Below are positions 57,122-64,000 of a stretch of 64,000 bases of DNA, one piece after another. The notes under the pieces are model-generated. The model worked only from the letters and a program-made list of their open reading frames with translations, searched no databases and was not told the DNA's origin. Origin of the DNA: the human T2T-CHM13v2.0 reference genome, Homo sapiens. The stretch lies in NCBI RefSeq assembly GCF_009914755.1, contig NC_060933.1. The stretch is one strand, 5' to 3'. Numbering within the stretch: the stretch's first letter is position 1; each line of letters starts with the position of its first letter. The translations under genes were made by a program, and so were the position numbers.

Positions 57122-60100
57122 GAGGTCATGTCCAGGAGAGATCTATAAGGAGTGGGGCAACTGTTAAGAGGCTCGCTCTGCAAAGGAGAGTCTCCTTTCC
57201 AGGCTGTTTTGAGTGAGCCTGTGTGGCATGCATTGTGGGCCCTTGCCACTGCCAGCCTCACCTTCCTTAGTGTGGAGGATCCCCAGGTGTGGGAGGGTTC
57301 AAATGAAAGGCAAAGCTGAGGATGGGAAGCTGAGTGCCTTGGAACTGCATGGCTTGCTCAGGGGTTTGGTGCATGGCAGTGACCATCTCTGAAGAACATG
57401 AATAACCTGCTTGAAGACCAGCGCAGCCTGACTCATGGGGCTCCCCCTTCCTATCTGCCCATCAGCAAGCACAGGCAGCAGTCAGGCAAGACAATACCCA
57501 GAGATGAGCTGGCCTGGCCTGGCCCCACTGAAATCTTGCCACCTGCAGGCATGTGTTGGGGGAAACTGCCCACATCACCCTGCTTGAGGAGGGAAAGAGC
57601 CCAGGTCCTCTACAATTCACTCAGCAAACATTCAATAGGCACTGACTGTGTGCCCAGTCCTGAGCTACACTGGGAAGAGAAATGCATCAGACTTGGTCCC
57701 TGCCCTCCTCAGACTGGTTGGGGGGGACAGACGTGGCTGGACATAGGCATTAAAACACAGGGTACTAAGAGCCACATTGGAAGTGGGCAAGGAGGAGACA
57801 TTTCTTTGGGGGAGGGCATTTCAGAGTTGAGTCTTGAGGGATGAATGGCCAGGCATGGGAAGGGGAGGCGGAGCACAGGGAGGGCCCAATGGCACAAATG
57901 GAGGGTAGATTCAGGGAGCAGGAAAACCCTTGAAAGCTATGCCAAGGGATTTCCATTTTAGCCTGCAGGTAATGAGTGGCCACTGAAGGTGGTGGGGTGG
58001 GGGTGTACGTAAATTCTGGTTATTTTTCTTATTACTGAAGTAAAATGTCCTGTTAGAAAAAATTTACAGAATATCAAGTACAAAAGAACAGAATATCAAT
58101 CACCCATAATTCCTCTACCCAGGGAAAACTACTGTTAACATTTAGTGAATTTCTTTCTAGTCATTTTCATATTGGCTTCCAGTGACCCAAACCAGAGTCC
58201 TGGAATGGCCTATTCTTCTGCTAACCTTCACACCCTTTATCTTCTTTTAAAAATGTGAATGTGCAAGACAAATCATGTTACTCTATTTTCTCTAAATTAA
58301 ACTCACAGCCTCCATCCCCTCCCCTACCCCTGTCAGGATGGGGGTACACACTCAAGCTCAGTCATTTCAGAAACTGAAAGAGGCATCTCACCCTCCCCAG
58401 GCCCACAGGGTGCAGGGGAAAGGGGAGAATGGCTCCCAGCCCTCTGTCTGGCAGCTGCCCCTCCTGACCTGCATGTGGTCACTGCCAGCAGCCCTGAGGC
58501 CTCTATGCCATCTGTGGTGCCCAGGAATTTTTGCTGAGCCTGGATGCTGTGGAGGCAGAACCCAGTCTCCTTGGGGACACCCAGCCACTCCCCTCTGAGG
58601 ACTGCCGAGGAGTGGGTCCTGCTCCCAGCCATGGCGAATCTCCTCTCTCACAGGCCAGTTCTGTCTCCCTTCCTCTCTTGCACAGAACCCTCAAGCAGCT
58701 CAGGCTTTTGGTAAAGCAAAAGCCAAGAAGTAACTGATGCACTGATGCCTGCAAGCGTCTCCTCCCAAGTCAAGGAGAGAAAAGGCTGGGTTCTTACTTG
58801 GAACTGAGAGGGAGAATACAGTTAGAGGAAATACAGGCAAATACCTAAATGCATTATTTTCCAGAAACATGCATATATAATTTTTTAAAAATGCACAAGA
58901 CTCTGCTTCATTATAATGGCAGTGCAGAGTGAGCCCCCTTCCTTCTTGAAGGTGGAAGAGCTCTCAGAAAATTCATCATCTTTCCTTGATTCTCCCATTC
59001 CCACTGCAGGGAGTGGAGACTGGGGCTCCCCCTCCCCTCTAGGCTGATGGAGAGGCAGGTAATGAGGCTCCAGGCTGCAGACTAGCTTTCACACTTATTT
59101 CTGATAATTGGTCAGCCCTTTCAAGAGCAGGTGGGTCCTGATGCAGTAATTGGCAGGGGGCAGGCCGGTCACTCAAGGACTGGAAAGGTGTTAATTGCTC
59201 TTTCCCCATCCCCCACATATATTCCTATTAAGGAGGAAACTTGAAGGGTAAGAAATGTCCAGGAGAAGTCCTAAGTACAAAAGGGCAAAGGTTTAGTGCT
59301 TTCCTCTGATACTCCAATGAGGGTAATGTTGATGGGCAGTCATTGGTAGAACTGGGATTCAGAAACTGTGGCTATGAGATCCCAAAGCTTATGGCTTGAC
59401 CACCACGGTGCTGTTTCTTGTTGAATGGAATGGATGGAAGGGAGGGATGGAGCTCAGGTGACTCCTGCAGTCTTTTCCAATTGGGCCTGGGAAATCCCCC
59501 AGGCTGGGGAACCGGAGCCAGGGCTAGGGGCTCAAGCCCCTTTCCCCACGGAGTTCCTCTCAGGAGGTGTTTGTGCAATGGATGGTTCTCTTTAAATAAC
59601 ACTCCAAGCCAACACATTTTCTTCATTGGAAATTACCTTCAGTCCAACATTTTATCAGCCTGACCTGCAGAGTAATTGGAAGCAGGTGGATTTTCCTCAA
59701 ACAACAATCAGTCATGGAGAGAGTACGGATCATGCCCCTCTCAGAGAAGGAGTGGGCCCTGGTCTACAGCATGTGGAAATGCCTCTGGAGCCCAGGCAGC
59801 ATGCCAGCAGACAGAGGCCCCTGAGTATCCGTGTTCTGCTCTGCAGGGGAACAGCAGCCATTCCTGGAGCAGGACAGCCGGGCCTCGCCCCAGTCACGGC
59901 GGGGACAGCAGTACACAAGCACACAAGCACGGAAGCATGCAGGCACACTTACAGCGCCTGAGACTGTGGCCATCCTGAAGAAAGGACTTGGAGACAAGAC
60001 TCTTCTCTCAGTTACAGGCTCCGGCTCTGCTCTCCAGCCACGCACCCAAGCCAGAGGCCCGCAAGTAGTCCAAGCCTTCTCCTCTCTTTCACACCCCATA

Positions 60101-60608
60101 TCCAATCATCCCAGGTCCTGAGTACCACACTTCCTGCCTCCGATAATTCTGTCCCTGCCAATTAATTACTTAGTTCAGGCTTCATCCTCTTATCGGGACC
60201 TCCATAGCGGCCTTCTTATTGGTGTTTCTGACCTTACCCCCTCCTATCAATCCCCTATCTTATAGCCAGAATAACCTTCATGAAATTCAGGTCTGATCTA
60301 ACTGCTCCATTTGAAACCCTTCCATGGTTTCCCATCCCCAAAGCGTAGCATACAAGGCCTTCAGTGTCCTGGCCTCTGCCTCTCTGCTGTTTCAGCTGCT
60401 TATTTCCAGATATGATGTTCTCCAAACATACTATGCCCCCTGGAACCACCAGGCCTTTTTTCCTACTGTTCCTGTTGTCTGGAGTGTTCTCCTCCTTTTT
60501 CCAAAAGCCTGAATCCTACTCATGCTTCAGAGACCATTTCCGGTGGCACCTTATTGAGGAAAGTGAATCCCTGTGTTTTTTTCCCCCCAGCTTTGGGAAT
60601 GTGGTGTC

Positions 60609-61098
60609 TGTAGTAGGTAGAATAATGCCACTTCCCTAAGATGCCCATGTCCTAATCCCAGAAACCTGGGAATATATTGCCTTACATGGCAAAAGGGATT
60701 CTGCAGATGTCATTAAGTTCAGAAAATTGTGATGGGATGATTATCCTGAATTATCTGGATGGGCCCAATTACTCACAAAGGTCCTTATAAAAGGGAGGCA
60801 GGAGTATGAGAGGCAGAGAGGGGGATATGATGTTAGAAGTGGAAGTGGAGTGGAATTGGAGTGATGTGGGGCCACCAGCCAAGGGATGTGGGCAGCCTCT
60901 GGAAGCTGGAAAGGCAAGTATATGAATTCCTCCATACAGCCTCCAGAAAGGGCCACAGCCCTGCTGACACCTTGACTTTAGCCTACTGAGACCCACATTG
61001 CACTTCTGACCCACAGAACTGTAAGATAATACATTTGTGTTGTTTTCCGTCACTAAGTTGGTGATAATTTGTTGCAGCAGGCACAGGAAACTAACACA
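60609..61098 (+). mobile_element. MLT1C/D MaLR solo LTR
   Basis: CCTTACATGGCAAAAGGGA...GCCCTGCTGACACCTTGA...AGGAAACTAACACA. Confidence 0.9.
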
Positions 61099-61423
61099 GC
61101 CTCATATTAGAGTTGGTTCTTCATGAGTCTGTGAGACCCTGGAGGGTAATGGTTGGCCCTTCCCTGTGCCTCTACTCCCAGTACAAGGTCAGACACAGAC
61201 GACACCTAGCAAATGCTGGACAAAGGAGCGAGGGAGGCACTTCCTTTCTCTGGCACCAACAGACCCATTGTGGATATCAGGCCTTTGGGGCTTCATGGGC
61301 TGAGATGAAGTGGAATTGACTTTATTTCATAGCCAGAAGGCATGGTTCCCTGTGTTACTAGCACTACCTTTTTACCCTGCTAAGTCCAAAACCACCAGTT
61401 ATGTTGCCTCAAAGACAACCTCT

Positions 61424-61730
<307 letters not shown>

Positions 61731-62974
61731 GAGACCTCCATTGGGTTATTGAGATCACTTAGCCTTCCTACCCCAGCTCACTTGTAGTAACTCCCATGCA
61801 CGTCAACAAGGACATTTGGCTCAGAGGCTCATGGAACATCAGGGCTGCAGGAGCCTTTACGATGCTCCATCTCACTTCCTTATTTATAGATGGGGAGCCT
61901 GAGAGAGGGAAGGGGTCAAAGTGGTCATACTGTGGCCCAAAAAGAACCCAGGCCAGGCCTCTTTCCCTGTACCTCCCAAGGAACCAGACACTAGAATCGA
62001 CATCCCCATTTTATAGATGAAGAAACTGAGGCATAGAGAAGTTGAGTCACTTGCCCACAGTCAGCCAGTGAGTAAAGCTGATTTGAATTGGTTGAACACC
62101 AGAGTCTCTCCTCTTAATCTCTGCACTATACTGACAGGTGGGGAAACGGAGACCCAGGGAGGGTCCCAGGGGTGATGGCTGCACAGAAAGTGGGTATGGC
62201 AAATGTTTAAATCAGAGCCTGCCAAAAGCACAAGCTAGGAAGTGTCTGGGCTGAAATGAAGGCCTTGGGAGTTTGACTTCTTCAATTAGGCTGTTTGTTT
62301 TTCTGAGTCCAGAGAATAATTTAACTAATGGTGCTGGTTTTCTGACACTATTGATCGGCCAAGATTAAATATGTTTGTCACAGTCAAGTGAACTAATCAC
62401 TTTATTGTATTTCAAATACTAATTTCATCAGATAGATGTTGGGGGGTGCCCCAGGGGGAGGTTCTGGGAGATGAGCATGTGCACAGATCGGGGTGCAGGG
62501 GGAGGGCTGCCAGGCAATCGATGGAGCCAATCTGCCTAGAGGGCTCTGGGACACCAGGCTTTCTGGACGCCTGCAGCTGTGCTGCTCAGACTAGAGGAGT
62601 CTGCATTTTCTCTATCCTCCCCATTGCTGTTCCACGCCCTCTTGAAATTTCTCTTCTCAGGAGAGGCAATTTCTCAACCATTATTGGAAAATGGTAGATG
62701 TTCCTAAATAACTATCCTAAATCACCCCTCATCCAGTAATCCCATAGCTGCTCTGGCTCTGCTGGGTGCAAATGCTGCCTCTCTGAGCCATTAGCCATTC
62801 CAGGGACCACCGATTCATGGCAAAACCTGAAAATGAACTCATCTGTCTTTCAGGTTTGGAAAGGCTTTGCCATTTCCATAGCTCATCATGTTGGACAAGG
62901 GGACCCAGGGCTTATTAAATCACCCTCTGACACAATGCAACTGAGCAAGCCTCCCTGCTCAGGAGAGAGGGCGA

Positions 62975-63247
62975 GTATATACACGTGCACACACATAAAC
63001 ATACATGCCTGCACAGAGGCCCACAGAAACACATGTGGACACACACATGCACACACAAACATGCATGTTCATACACGTGCATGGACGTGCATACATACAA
63101 ATGCACACACATGCACACATGTGCACTATACCCCTACATAGCCCATGCACATATACATACATCCTGCATGAACATATAGCTATGTAATGCATGCACACCC
63201 ACATATGCACACTCACACATGCACACATGTGCATACACTCACATACA
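62975..63247. repeat. Degenerate CA/TG/TA alternating purine-pyrimidine tract
   Basis: ACACACATGCACACAC-type low-complexity sequence. Confidence 0.9.
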
Positions 63248-64000
63248 AGGTTCAGAAGTTCCCAACAGGCAAGATGTTTCTTAAACACATGAAATGGGTT
63301 TGTCCCCTGCACACAGAAGCTCCTAAGACTACTTGGTTGAGAGACTCTGAAGACAAAGTCAATTTCTCTAACTCTGAACACAAGCCTGCCAACAAGTCTC
63401 CTTTCTCATTTTATTGTATTTAATCACACCAAACACAAGCCTCAACTGTACCCCCTGGAGCTGAAGAAAGGTAGGTATCTACCTTAGACTTCTGAGGCTC
63501 AACCCTTTGGTGATTAGATGGGGGACAAGGCCAATTCCCAGCTGAACTTCAGACACTGAGGAATAACCCACCAGAATCATTGTGAACACTCGCTTAAATG
63601 GGTCCAATAAGGAGGGTCATTTCCAGAGGAACACACATGTTTCTACATGGAAGAGCCTTCTTCCACAGCTGCCCATAGAGCCCCTCGGGCTGTCTGGATG
63701 GGCTTAGCTGGCACTCTTCACTGGAGAATTGGGTTATTTTATATGTGCAATGTCTCACATCTGTACAGCTTTCAAATCTATTATCATCCAGCAATTCTGG
63801 AAGCAGATAGGGCTTTGGGATTTACCATCCCTGTTTTATAGATGGGAAAACTGAAGCCCAGAGAGGGAGAGAGACTTGCTAAACATCCAGAGAGTCAGTG
63901 GCAAGTTGGAACTGGAGTTGGACTTCCTGACTGTAAGAGTGGGGACCAGTCCTTTGTAAGTCTCTGGTCAAATCCTACCCAAGCATTCAGAGCTTTGCAA

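Overview
Human non-coding, repeat-rich DNA. The species call rests on a human-specific SVA_F1 element and abundant Alu, MER41 and THE1 copies. I find no intact cellular protein-coding gene, rRNA, tRNA or CRISPR array; almost all ORFs in the track are chance or repeat-derived. Main contents: (1) an SVA_F1 retrotransposon carrying MAST2 exon 1 (11151-13446, 15-bp TSD), inserted in an old hAT-Tip100/Zaphod-like transposon; (2) a 5'-complete but internally deleted old L1MA-type element (~32945-39435); (3) two fossil ERVL-class internal regions and many solo LTRs, Alus, MIRs, L2 pieces and hAT MITEs; (4) several repeat-free, TAAT-dense islands that look like developmental enhancers, the strongest at ~18100-19160. 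The most unusual structure not explained by repeat annotation is a 197-bp inverted repeat with 196/197 identity (43543-43739 / 44056-44252, 316-bp spacer) made of ancient MLT1A sequence. A second, older inverted duplication (49158-49253 / 50351-50448) and two short locally templated insertions are also present. I cannot support a new multi-gene system here; the best candidates for novelty are the hairpin/inversion-prone locus and the enhancer cluster beside a human-specific CpG-island insertion. Repeat subfamily names are from recalled consensus sequences, boundaries of old repeats are approximate, and the chromosomal locus cannot be fixed without a search.
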